DNA of 40,664 bases, taken from NCBI GenBank assembly GCA_049968255.1, contig JBMFRB010000008.1:124379-165042 (forward strand), in the 5' to 3' direction. The stretch comes from Candidatus Sumerlaeaceae bacterium (GTDB lineage Bacteria; Sumerlaeota; Sumerlaeia; Sumerlaeales; Sumerlaeaceae). Below, in pieces: positions 18,236 to 27,702 of the stretch. The notes under the pieces were generated by a model that saw only the letters and a list, made by a program, of their open reading frames with translations, was not told where the DNA came from and did not search any database. Made by a program: the position numbers and the translations under genes. Within the stretch, counting starts at the first letter, position 1. Each line of letters starts with the position of its first letter.

Positions 18236-20848
18236 ATGGTCAGCAGCGCCACTCAAAACCTCACAGCGTTAGAGGTTCAGTTCGCCTCGGATCCGCAGAA
18301 CGGCGACATTCTCCTCTCGCTGGCGGCCCAGTATTACGCCCGTGGCATTTTCAGCTTCCGCTCGCTGCCAGTCTACGAAAAAGCGCGCCACCTACAGCCG
18401 CACGACACCCGATTTCTCGAAGGCCTAAATCTGTGTTGTTTTCTTCGCCAATTGCGCACCCTCACCGTGGAAAGCGGCGATCCTGAGCAAATAGATTTGG
18501 ATGGCATACAAGAGGCCATCGAGGCGCTACGCGAGCACCTTCGCCATCATCCGAACTCACCGGACCTCTTCGCAGCGCTGGGTGATCTCTACCTCCTGCG
18601 GGGCAACACGCTGCTTGCCATCGGCGCCTATGAAAACGCGTTGAAAAGCGGCTTTCGCGAGCTCGGCACAATTCTGCGGACTTTCGAGTTTGCTGCCCGC
18701 TTACATTCCTTTCAACCATCCGAGCGCGCTTACTTTGCTCGGCTCTACAGGCAGATGGGGTTGACCGACGAGGCCATCGAGCTCTTCCGCTTAGCTATTG
18801 CGGAAGGCTTTCAAGACGCCGAAACCATCCGCGAGCTCATTGAGCTGCTCGAGCAATCGGCCCGTTTTGCAAATAACCAGAATATTCTCAACAATCTCTA
18901 TATGGAAATCACCGACCTTTACCTTCAGCTCGGTGAAACCGACCATGCGTTAGCCAGCTTTCAGCGCGTTGTCTTTCCTGTGAACCAAAACTTTGCCCTT
19001 GTCCGAAAAATCGCAACAATTCTCATAGACCGTCAGGACTACCGCCTGGCTTTCGATTATCTCTCCAAGATCCCCGTGGACGAGGCGAACAAGGAGCTGC
19101 TCAACCGCATCTCTATCGAGCTCGAACGCATCGGTGATCTCGACACCGCCGTCTTCCTTCTTCAGTTCATTAACGACAACGACATCGTGATTCGCGAGGC
19201 CCAGAGCCTGCGCGAAAAGGAAATGGAAATTCACGCCGAGCTCGCACTCGCAGAACTCAACGAGGAAAAAGGGCGTTACGACCAAGCGCTTTCCTCCTAC
19301 GTCAAAGTGCTGCACCTCGGCTACAAGGACGATCACGTCATTCTCTCGCGCATTGTCGAACTTCTCCCCCTCATCAAAGGCGATCACATCGAGGACTTCT
19401 ACTTTATCGGCCAGTACTATCTCGACCGACAGGATTACTACCGTGCGTCGCAGTTCTATGATTTAGTTCTCGAGCAGCGGCAAGGCGATGCACTGGCCCA
19501 GGCCAAGCTCCGCGAGATCTACGATGCAATTCTCGGGCGCAATCCTAACCTCCCGGAGTTGCGCTTGCGCAGCGGCGATCTTTACATGGACATGGGCCAA
19601 CTCGAGATGGCCGTGGCCGAATATAAACATGCCTCGCAGTTTGCCGAAACCAATCTCGAAGCCACACGTCGGTTAGCCATTGCCTACATAAAAATGCAGG
19701 ATTTTACGGCCGCCTATGATGCCTTCCAGCTCATTCCCCCGCAGGAGATAGATCTCGAAAACCTCTATGAGCTTCACCTGGTCCTGCATTCGCGTGGCCG
19801 CATCGCCGAGGCGCTGAACCTTCTCCAGATGATCATGCGCGTGGACGAAACGTATCGCGATGTCGCGGAGCGCGCTGATCTCCTGCGGCGCAAATACGAA
19901 GAGGAAGCGCAGAAGCTTTTCGTAGATCCGGTTATGGTGGATCTCATCGGCGAAGTGGCCATCGGACGCTACCGCTACGTAGAACAAATCGGCAGTGGCG
20001 GCATGGGCGTCGTGCACAAAGTCTTCGACCTTAAGCTCAACCGATATGTCGCAATGAAAATTTTGCGCGAGGGATTGGCGGGCAGCGGAAGAGCCATTGA
20101 GCGATTCTTCCGCGAGGCGCGGATCGCTGCAACGCTCAATCATCCTAACATCGTAAATATTTACGATTATAATATTAATAACGACACGCAAAAAAGCTAC
20201 ATTTCCATGGAGTACGTCGACGGCATGTCGCTGCGCGAAATCTTCGAAGAGTACTTTGCGCAGGGGCCGCCGCCGCTCGCGGTACGAGTCGCCGAGGCGC
20301 TTTACTACATGGCACAGGTTTGCGACGCTCTCGACTGCACGCATTCCAAGGGCATTATTCATCGCGATATCAAACCTGATAACATTTTAATATCTTCTAC
20401 ACGTGTGGCCAAAATCACGGATTTTGGCATTGTGCACGTCGAGGAAGCAACGTTCACACCCACAGGCGCCCTCATCGGCACGCCGCGCTACATGTCGCCC
20501 GAGCAGGTCATGGGCCTGAAAATTGATGGCCGCGCCGACCTCTACTCCGCCGGCATCATTCTTTATGAGTGGCTTGTGGGAGCACCTCCCTTTGTGACAG
20601 GCGACATTGCCTATCAACAAGTCAACATCCCGCCGGCGCCCCCCATCGAGCAATGCCCCGACTTGCCCCTGGAAGCAAACAACATTATCATGAAGTGCCT
20701 GGAGAAAAACCCCGCGGATCGCTACCAAAGTGCACGCGACCTGAAGTACGCCATTGAGGCCGCGTATCGCCGACTGGTAGGAACCGACCCGCCTCCGCCT
20801 CCCCAGATTGCGCGCTTCACTGGCGAGACGGATCTCGACACGATTTGA
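18236..20848 (+). CDS. TPR-repeat protein with C-terminal Hanks-type Ser/Thr kinase
   Basis: About 570 aa of TPR-like helices, then IGSGGMGVV, VAMK, HPNIV, HRDIKPDN, DFG, GTPRYMSPEQ and DLYSAG. No TM. Confidence 0.93.
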   Translation: MVSSATQNLTALEVQFASDPQNGDILLSLAAQYYARGIFSFRSLPVYEKARHLQPHDTRFLEGLNLCCFLRQLRTLTVESGDPEQIDLDGIQEAIEALREHLRHHPNSPDLFAALGDLYLLRGNTLLAIGAYENALKSGFRELGTILRTFEFAARLHSFQPSERAYFARLYRQMGLTDEAIELFRLAIAEGFQDAETIRELIELLEQSARFANNQNILNNLYMEITDLYLQLGETDHALASFQRVVFPVNQNFALVRKIATILIDRQDYRLAFDYLSKIPVDEANKELLNRISIELERIGDLDTAVFLLQFINDNDIVIREAQSLREKEMEIHAELALAELNEEKGRYDQALSSYVKVLHLGYKDDHVILSRIVELLPLIKGDHIEDFYFIGQYYLDRQDYYRASQFYDLVLEQRQGDALAQAKLREIYDAILGRNPNLPELRLRSGDLYMDMGQLEMAVAEYKHASQFAETNLEATRRLAIAYIKMQDFTAAYDAFQLIPPQEIDLENLYELHLVLHSRGRIAEALNLLQMIMRVDETYRDVAERADLLRRKYEEEAQKLFVDPVMVDLIGEVAIGRYRYVEQIGSGGMGVVHKVFDLKLNRYVAMKILREGLAGSGRAIERFFREARIAATLNHPNIVNIYDYNINNDTQKSYISMEYVDGMSLREIFEEYFAQGPPPLAVRVAEALYYMAQVCDALDCTHSKGIIHRDIKPDNILISSTRVAKITDFGIVHVEEATFTPTGALIGTPRYMSPEQVMGLKIDGRADLYSAGIILYEWLVGAPPFVTGDIAYQQVNIPPAPPIEQCPDLPLEANNIIMKCLEKNPADRYQSARDLKYAIEAAYRRLVGTDPPPPPQIARFTGETDLDTI

Positions 20849-21210
20849 CTCGAACCGGGACAGCGACCCGCCCAACAGGAGCGAAAACATGCGATTTCTG
20901 CAATCATGTGGCCGCGCTGTGACGATCACAATCCATAGCAGGCAGTCTCTGAGCAGGAGAGGACCTTGCTCTTGCCCCCGGTCAGAAGCAACTGCACGTC
21001 AGGGGTCCACATTCCCCGACGCCGAGCCCAAGCTCTGATTCGCTGGTTCCCCCGCCCGAGTGCCAACTGCTTATGACAGCGGCATGCCGCGAAAGCTGAA
21101 CGGCGGCCGCCTTGCGGCAAACACTCACCCCCAAGTTTTCCGGTACGGTCACGTCTTCTTGGGTCCACTTCGCAAGTTTTTTGGCCATGCCGTGTAGAAA
21201 GAAGAGATAC

Positions 21211-22200
21211 ATGGAAAGCAAACCCCAACCACGCTCCGTCCGACGCCAAACAACATCTCTTCTCATTGCCATCTCTTTCGTTGCAGTATTTCTCGTTCTG
21301 CTTTGGCCAGGGGAAGTCTCTGCCCAGGCATCGTCTGGCGCAGAATCCGCCAACCAGCCCCGTCCTTCCTTAGTGCGGCGAATCTTTCCCCACCGGACGC
21401 GTTCTGCTCCTGTTCAGTCAGACACACGCTCGCCCGCACCGGCGATAAAGCGCTCCCATCCAGAGGCAACGAAAGTGCAACGAACAGCTGTTCACTCTGC
21501 GATGACGCGCCGGCCCAGAGAGCACGCTGGTGGCATGCGTGCTATGCAACTTTCCGACGGCGCAACATCCTCCCCCCGTCCTATTAGTCAGTGGCCCACC
21601 GGCGAAAAACTTATCGCGCTCACCTACGACGACGGCCCGAATCCCACCATTACCCCACGCCTTCTCCAACTGCTTCAGGCAAAGGGAGCACGTGCCACGT
21701 TTTTTCTGCTCGGCGATTCAGTGAAAACCTATCCGCATCTTGTGAGAACCATCGTCGATTCTGGCATGGAAGTCGGCAACCATTCCGACACACACCCGCA
21801 GTTCACCAGACTCAGCGAGGAAAAGATACGCTCAGAGCTGCAGACGAACCACCAGCGCATCGTCGCTGCGGCGCCCAACTGCGCCATTCGGGTGATGCGT
21901 CCGCCATACGGCGCCTATAACAGCGCGGTGCTGCGGGTGGCCGACCAAATGGGCTACAAGGTCATCCTGTGGAGTGTCGACACGAACGACTGGCGCAAGC
22001 GGACAACAGAACAGATGACGCAGACCGTCCTCAACGAAGCGCGAGATGGCGCTATCATTCTCATGCATGATCGCTACGAAACGTCGCTTCAAACGACAGC
22101 AAACGTCCTTGATGCACTTTCGGCGCAAGGCTACCGTTTCGTCACTGTTTCTGAGCTCTTGAGCCGGCCCCGAGCGTCGGCATCGTTGGTTGGCCATTAG
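21211..22200 (+). CDS. Polysaccharide deacetylase (CE4/NodB), membrane-anchored or secreted
   Basis: LTYDDGP, ATFFLLG, NHSDTHP, RPPYG, WSVDTNDW and ILMHD. N-terminal hydrophobic helix plus P/S/R-rich linker. Confidence 0.92.
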   Translation: MESKPQPRSVRRQTTSLLIAISFVAVFLVLLWPGEVSAQASSGAESANQPRPSLVRRIFPHRTRSAPVQSDTRSPAPAIKRSHPEATKVQRTAVHSAMTRRPREHAGGMRAMQLSDGATSSPRPISQWPTGEKLIALTYDDGPNPTITPRLLQLLQAKGARATFFLLGDSVKTYPHLVRTIVDSGMEVGNHSDTHPQFTRLSEEKIRSELQTNHQRIVAAAPNCAIRVMRPPYGAYNSAVLRVADQMGYKVILWSVDTNDWRKRTTEQMTQTVLNEARDGAIILMHDRYETSLQTTANVLDALSAQGYRFVTVSELLSRPRASASLVGH

Positions 22201-22247
22201 TGCCCAGAGTCAGCCATTTCGCCAATTTTTCACTTTTTGTTGTTGCC

Positions 22248-22275
22248 TTGCCCTCTCGGCTCCAGACTTCATAAT
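22248..22275 (+). promoter_or_regulatory. Putative sigma70-type promoter
   Basis: TTGCCC-16 nt-CATAAT, ending 17 nt before ATG 22293. Confidence 0.35.
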
Positions 22276-22292
22276 AGACTTGGTGCGCAAAA

Positions 22293-23615
22293 ATGGCGGA
22301 CCCGGGTCGGCACAAAGACTCACGAGCAAAACCGCACCGTTCGCCTCGTGAACGGCAGGAGGAGCTTGAGCAGCTTTTGCACGAACTCGGTCATGACGTT
22401 CCGCCCGAGCTTTTGGAACATTTGGAGGACTTACAAAGGGTTGCCGATGCGGGAATTAACTTGGACGATCTTCGTGCGGTGGAAGCGACTCTGCGAAAGC
22501 TGGAGTACGAACGGCTTAAGCGCGAATTTCATCCACGTGTGCCACTTTATGGAATTCGTGTGAGCGGGGAGGAGGACATGGCAAAAAATAACGACTCCCA
22601 CAAAACGCCTACGCCGGGTGATTCCCGTGCTCACGAGCGCCGTCGACGTTCCTACCAGGATGATCCGCGCTATCGTGCCTTTTATGAACGCCTGCGCAAC
22701 CGCCAACAACAAGAATCCTCTAAGTATGACGAGCCCCCTGAGTTCTCCTCGCTTGAAGAGCTGGAACAAACAGGATGGGACGGCACCCCGCGGCCGTGGG
22801 AAACGAGTTCGAAATCAAAACCGAGGCCCAGATCTCCAGCTCCCTCACAGCCAAAATCCGCTACGCCTTCAAAGTCGTTTACTGCGCCGGAGCCGCCGCA
22901 GGCTGAAGACCTTGTTCCTGGCACCATCATGCGTTTTGATGACGGAAGCATCGCAATTTACAAGGACGCGGTCTCGGGCAAAGATTATGCCCTCTTCTAT
23001 TTTTTGGAGCCCAATGGCGTTCTAGTGCCCCAAGGAATTTTTCTTGATCAGTACGAACACCAGCGCCTCGGTCTTCTGCCGCCCGACCTTTTCGAAGCGA
23101 TGATCCACATGCGGCGCTGGGATCGCGACGCCGTGATTTATCATCTCGACCGATTCGAGTACGCTGGCCATATCCGAGCGATCGCCACCGCCCAGCCGAT
23201 GCGGGTGGAAGGCGGCGAGCCCAATCGCGAAACGTCTCGGCATTCAGCGCCCTCGTCTCAGGAACATCGTGGGGTGGAAAGGTCTCGCCTTGAGTCGGAA
23301 AGCGAGACCGAGCCGACGCCGATGGCGCTGCCCCCGCGCGAGCAAGAGGAGCTGCCACCTCCGCCACCGCGGCCGAGCCTCGAGCGCGGGCGCGTCATCC
23401 GCATCATTGTCGGAGCGGGCAAGGTTTGGGAAGCCGTGTTTTGGACCAGCGACGAGTTAGGGCCAATTGTTGCGCACGACACAAACCGCGAATGGAGCCT
23501 TATGCACCTCGATCTCTCTCGGTTCAAAGACGCCATCGAGTATGGAGATCTCCTTTCGAATGAAGAGTTGAAAGAGATTGAAGAATCCCTCATCCGTCAA
23601 GGAATGGGAAGTTGA
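22293..23615 (+). CDS. Hypothetical protein: two small globular domains separated by Pro/Ser/Glu-rich linkers
   Basis: 440-codon ORF filling the gap, with protein-like composition. Alternative in-frame ATG at 22578 has a strong SD (GGAGGAGG). Confidence 0.8.
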   Translation: MADPGRHKDSRAKPHRSPRERQEELEQLLHELGHDVPPELLEHLEDLQRVADAGINLDDLRAVEATLRKLEYERLKREFHPRVPLYGIRVSGEEDMAKNNDSHKTPTPGDSRAHERRRRSYQDDPRYRAFYERLRNRQQQESSKYDEPPEFSSLEELEQTGWDGTPRPWETSSKSKPRPRSPAPSQPKSATPSKSFTAPEPPQAEDLVPGTIMRFDDGSIAIYKDAVSGKDYALFYFLEPNGVLVPQGIFLDQYEHQRLGLLPPDLFEAMIHMRRWDRDAVIYHLDRFEYAGHIRAIATAQPMRVEGGEPNRETSRHSAPSSQEHRGVERSRLESESETEPTPMALPPREQEELPPPPPRPSLERGRVIRIIVGAGKVWEAVFWTSDELGPIVAHDTNREWSLMHLDLSRFKDAIEYGDLLSNEELKEIEESLIRQGMGS

Positions 23616-23650
23616 GCTCGAGTAGGGTGGAAAGCAGTCGCCCCGCCCGT

Positions 23651-24832
23651 CTACGAGCTCGCGTGGGCTAGCGATTCATACACGCGCAACGTGCGATGTG
23701 CCATCACCTCGGCTGAGAACTGGCGCGCATAATGCCAAGCATTTTTACCTTTTTGCACGCGTGCGATGGGCGAGCCGGCCACACGCACAAGCTGGGCCGT
23801 CATGTCCTGAGTATCCCACGGCTCACATAGCCATCCCACATCGTCAGTCACAACTTCCGGCACTGCGCCCACGCGAGTGGCCAGCACAGGGAGTCCGTGC
23901 AGCATCGCCTCCACACATGCCAACCCAAAAGCTGGCTGTGTGCGGTCGGCAAAAAGGAAAAGATCCGCCCATTCGAAAAGCTCGCTAACCTCTTCCTGGG
24001 GAACACGTCCGACGTAACGGACGTGCTCCTGCAGCACGAAATGGGCAATGGCATCGTCCACCCATCCCGGCGGGGTTTCGTTTCCTCCAATGATCATCTG
24101 GAAAGCAATTCCGTGCCAGCGCAGGCGATAAGCAGCCGCCAGCGCTTCGAGCAGGCCGCGCATCACCTGGGCACGTCCCAGCATTAAAATCCTCAGGCAA
24201 TCCTCTGCTGATTTTTGCGGCGGAGTTGACGGCAGGCGGTAGCGCTCGCGAGCAACTCCGAGCGGAACGATTGAAAGTTTCTCGGCTATATCAGGATTCT
24301 GACGGACGAGTTCCCGCTGAGTGAATTGGCTGTCCACGACCAAACGGTCCGCGCGCCACAGCAGCCGGCGAAAGGCAGGCAAGAGAGCAAGCCGCCCCTT
24401 CCCCAGCCAGAGCGCCCTAAGTTTCTCGGGCAGCCGCAAGCGCCGGAAGTAACGCCGATCGAGCGGCGTTTCTGTTGTCATTGTACCGTGCACTGTCACC
24501 ACAAATCTACCCGGTCGCGGTCTCATGAGCAGACCGGCAAACTCCTGCGCATGGATCACATCAAAGCACTTCGCCCGGTCCAGGTTCGCCACGGTTTCCT
24601 CGACGCCGCGGAAAAAAGCCAGGGAGTAGTCGCCCGGCTGGCCTGTCCGCAGATAAATCACCTTCACCCCCGATTCGAGTGTTTCGCAGTCTCGCCCTTC
24701 CGGATGCCGACTTGTGATCACGGTGACTTCGCACCCGAGGCTCTGCAGCGCATTGGCCAGATCCAGAGTATGATACTCGAGGCCGCCAAGGCGGTGCACA
24801 GGAAGAGCTCGAACCACCAGACCAACGCGCAT
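23651..24832 (-). CDS. Glycosyltransferase family 4 (GT-B)
   Basis: GGLEYHT, DVIHAQ, VTVHG and AFGLACVEAMLHGLPVLATRVGAVPEVV. The start overlaps the upstream stop (TGATG). Confidence 0.9.
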   Translation of the reverse strand: MRVGLVVRALPVHRLGGLEYHTLDLANALQSLGCEVTVITSRHPEGRDCETLESGVKVIYLRTGQPGDYSLAFFRGVEETVANLDRAKCFDVIHAQEFAGLLMRPRPGRFVVTVHGTMTTETPLDRRYFRRLRLPEKLRALWLGKGRLALLPAFRRLLWRADRLVVDSQFTQRELVRQNPDIAEKLSIVPLGVARERYRLPSTPPQKSAEDCLRILMLGRAQVMRGLLEALAAAYRLRWHGIAFQMIIGGNETPPGWVDDAIAHFVLQEHVRYVGRVPQEEVSELFEWADLFLFADRTQPAFGLACVEAMLHGLPVLATRVGAVPEVVTDDVGWLCEPWDTQDMTAQLVRVAGSPIARVQKGKNAWHYARQFSAEVMAHRTLRVYESLAHASS

Positions 24833-25527
24833 CAATTGCGGCCTCCGGACTTTCGCGACGATTCGCGCGGCTGTGCGGCGGCAGCTCGGTTTTTCATCAA
24901 CGGGGCTACCACTGCTGCAATACGCTCTGCCATCAGGCGGTACCCTTCGTCATTCGGGTGAATAGGGTCACTTTTGCGGGCGGGATTCGTCAAGATGTCC
25001 TTCAAGAGGTTTGGCACAAGCGCAGCGCCGTGCGAGCGCGCCACTCGCTCAAAGAGGCGTCCGTAATCAGCACCAGGCAGGGCACCACGGATCTCTCCCA
25101 GCACCACCGTCGCTCCTGAGGCATGAAGTCGCTCCACGATTTCGGAAAGGTTTCGTTCGACGACCGCAGCGTCCACTCCGTGCAGATAATCATTGCCTCC
25201 CAAAATGACAATCACCAGGCCGGGTTCAAGGGCGAGCACGTCGCCTTCCAGACGTGCCAATGCGCGCGCTGTTGTGTCGCCTCCCACCCCGCGATTGATC
25301 ACAGGCAGCCCTAGGAGCCGCGAAAGTTCCGACGGATAATCATGGCCAGGTGATGCGCCAGAACCAGCCGTGAGACTGTCACCGAACGCCACAATTGTGG
25401 CGTTGCGCGGCGGTGCGTTCGTGATGGGATCACTTCCAAAGAAATGATGCCATCCCCACGCGACGACACCTAAGAAAACAACCAGAGCCGCAAGAGGCGC
25501 CCCAGTTCTCTTCCAAGCTGGCTCCAC
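24832..25527 (-). CDS. SGNH/GDSL arylesterase (TesA-like) with N-terminal TM
   Basis: FGDSLTAG, NRGVGGDTT, LGGND and DPIHPN. Confidence 0.92.
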   Translation of the reverse strand: MEPAWKRTGAPLAALVVFLGVVAWGWHHFFGSDPITNAPPRNATIVAFGDSLTAGSGASPGHDYPSELSRLLGLPVINRGVGGDTTARALARLEGDVLALEPGLVIVILGGNDYLHGVDAAVVERNLSEIVERLHASGATVVLGEIRGALPGADYGRLFERVARSHGAALVPNLLKDILTNPARKSDPIHPNDEGYRLMAERIAAVVAPLMKNRAAAAQPRESSRKSGGRN

Positions 25528-25540
25528 GGCGGCGTGCTCC

Positions 25541-26815
25541 TCAGTCCTCCTTCAGGTGAAAAAGCTGACGCAATGCTTCACGCACAACGGCCGCGTCGTA
25601 AGGATCAGATTGATTTTTCAGGCAGGTAATCGGACGGTGCCCAATTTTGTTAATAAGTGCTTTGCCAAAATTTTCCACTAATTGGCGCTGTGCCGGATCA
25701 AGAAGTTGGCCATTGCCCAGCGTTCGGCGCATTTCTTCCGAAAGAATATCCTCGAGGTATCTGCGGAAGGCCTGAATTGTGGGCACTACGTCGCGCGCCT
25801 CCAGCCACTGCATGAACTCCTGCATCTCCATTTTGATGATGTCGCGCGCTTTGCGAGCCTCTTCGAGCCGGAGGCGATAGTTCGAGTCCACCACATCCTG
25901 AAGATGATCTATGTTAAAAAGATAAACATTTTCAATATCGTTTACAGACTCCTCGACCACGCGTGGCACGGAAATGTCTATGAAAAGCAGCAGGCGGTGG
26001 CGCCGCCGCCGCATGAGCTCGTGGACAGCCTTTTTTCCCACCAAGTAATGAGGTGCCTGTGTGCTCGCCAGCACGATGTCCGCATCGTCCAGAAAGCGTA
26101 GTGCATGGTCGTAGGGGCGTGCCTCCGCGTTGGCGAAGCGCCGCGCGAACTGGCAGGCGTGACCAAAGCATCGCCCGACGACCGCCACCGATCCTGCGCC
26201 TGCTTTTTCAAGATGGCGCAAAGCCAGCTCGCTCATCTCGCCGCGGCCGATAACGACAATGCGGCGTCCTTGCACGTCGTCGAAAATCTTCTTCACGAGC
26301 TCGAGCGCTGCATAGGGCACACTCACTGCTAATCGCCCGATTTCTGTTTCATGGCGCACGCGTTTGCCCACGTGGAGTGCCTGCGAAAAAAGCTTATGAA
26401 AAATCGGGCCTGTCACGCCGGCGCGCTGCGCTGCCGTGTAAGCGTCCTTCACTTGGCCTAGGATTTGTGGTTCGCCTACGACCATCGAATCAAGACTCGA
26501 TGCTACCGCAAAAAGATGCTCCACGGCTTTCTCTGCTGTGTAGCGATAGAGGTGGGGAAGCAAGTCGCCCGCTTGTATGCCGAACTTGTGGCACAAATAT
26601 GCGACCGCTGGCTGCTCGGTTGATGTCTCGTCCGTCTCGAGCGTGTAAAGTTCCACGCGGTTGCACGTCGAAAGAATCGCGCATTCGTGCACGGCTGAAT
26701 GACCGCGTAAAGCGCGCAGCGAATCTGCCAAATGCTGACTCGCCACACACAAGCGCTCACGCAATGCGACGGGGGCTGTCCGATGATTGAGTCCCGTCAC
26801 CACGAGCTGTTTCAT
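25541..26815 (-). CDS. hemA: Glutamyl-tRNA reductase
   Basis: GLNHRTAPVALRE, LSTCNRVE, SLDSMVVGEPQILGQVK, IGRGEM and DISVPR. Confidence 0.95.
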   Translation of the reverse strand: MKQLVVTGLNHRTAPVALRERLCVASQHLADSLRALRGHSAVHECAILSTCNRVELYTLETDETSTEQPAVAYLCHKFGIQAGDLLPHLYRYTAEKAVEHLFAVASSLDSMVVGEPQILGQVKDAYTAAQRAGVTGPIFHKLFSQALHVGKRVRHETEIGRLAVSVPYAALELVKKIFDDVQGRRIVVIGRGEMSELALRHLEKAGAGSVAVVGRCFGHACQFARRFANAEARPYDHALRFLDDADIVLASTQAPHYLVGKKAVHELMRRRRHRLLLFIDISVPRVVEESVNDIENVYLFNIDHLQDVVDSNYRLRLEEARKARDIIKMEMQEFMQWLEARDVVPTIQAFRRYLEDILSEEMRRTLGNGQLLDPAQRQLVENFGKALINKIGHRPITCLKNQSDPYDAAVVREALRQLFHLKED

Positions 26816-27702
26816 CGTGGCACCTCCATTGCCGCTGCATGCGTGGCAGAGAACCCATGAATTCGGCTACCGCTTTGCAGCTTGCCCGCAGTGTAAGAGG
26901 CTAGGATGAGCCCTATGCCAACAAGCACGATGAGGCATGCCCGCCTACCGACCCAGCCGAGGCGCCGCCGGAGAATCGTGAAGGTGAGATAATAGAGCCA
27001 AACGACGAAGCTGGTCAGCACCGTAAGGTCTGTAGAGAAGGCTCGACGAGAAAAATCCTCCACGTTGGGCAGTTTGCGCGAAAAGAGCGTTATCCCGAGG
27101 CCGAGGCCTAAGCTCCATAGCACAACGCCCAGACCAACCGTGGCGGAAATAAGACGTTCGAGTCTGCCCAACGCAGGTGTCGACTCGCTCCACAAATCCG
27201 CCATTCCGCGCTGCTTCAAGCGCCGGTCGACGATCAGGTAGACCACGGCCAGTCCGCCACTCACGATAAATGCGCCGTAGCCGAGCAAAAACAAGCCGAC
27301 GTGCACCGCCAGAAGAACATCGCCCAGGGCATTGCGTGCTGCCTCGTCGGCGAACCAGTCGCGGAAGAAAAGCGAGGCAATTTGCGATATGGCGGCAAGC
27401 GGAAGCAGCGCAAGCGCTGGCCAGACGTTTCTGGCAATCCCATGCACTGCCATGAGAGCAACAAGTGGCGTCAGACTAAACCAAAGGAGTGCGTCGGCGA
27501 GGGTTTCCAGAGGAAAGGCGTGGCGCGCGAAAGCCTCGGCCACGAGATCGGCGAGGGTAACCAACACAGCAATCCCGCTGGCACGCCATGGAAAGTTCTC
27601 AGTCCCTTTTGCAGGGCGAATCGCGTGGCGGCGCGCTGCCTCCCACGCAACTGTCATGGCGGCAACCGAGACAACGATGCTTAGCTCATGAATGGGAATC
27701 AC
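26812..27702 (-). CDS. Cytochrome c assembly (CcsA) family membrane protein, HemX-like
   Basis: About 8 TM segments, conserved His (HVGLFLLGY), P.L..LE and C-terminal HGF. GTG start overlaps the upstream stop and has SD AAGGA. Lies between the sirC-like gene and hemA. Confidence 0.75.
   Translation of the reverse strand: MIPIHELSIVVSVAAMTVAWEAARRHAIRPAKGTENFPWRASGIAVLVTLADLVAEAFARHAFPLETLADALLWFSLTPLVALMAVHGIARNVWPALALLPLAAISQIASLFFRDWFADEAARNALGDVLLAVHVGLFLLGYGAFIVSGGLAVVYLIVDRRLKQRGMADLWSESTPALGRLERLISATVGLGVVLWSLGLGLGITLFSRKLPNVEDFSRRAFSTDLTVLTSFVVWLYYLTFTILRRRLGWVGRRACLIVLVGIGLILASYTAGKLQSGSRIHGFSATHAAAMEVPR

Noticed and set aside
26812-27702. Calling the gene a true cytochrome c synthase ccsA
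   Set aside because: The WxWD heme-handling motif is missing and no ccsB/resB is adjacent. HemX-like fits better.
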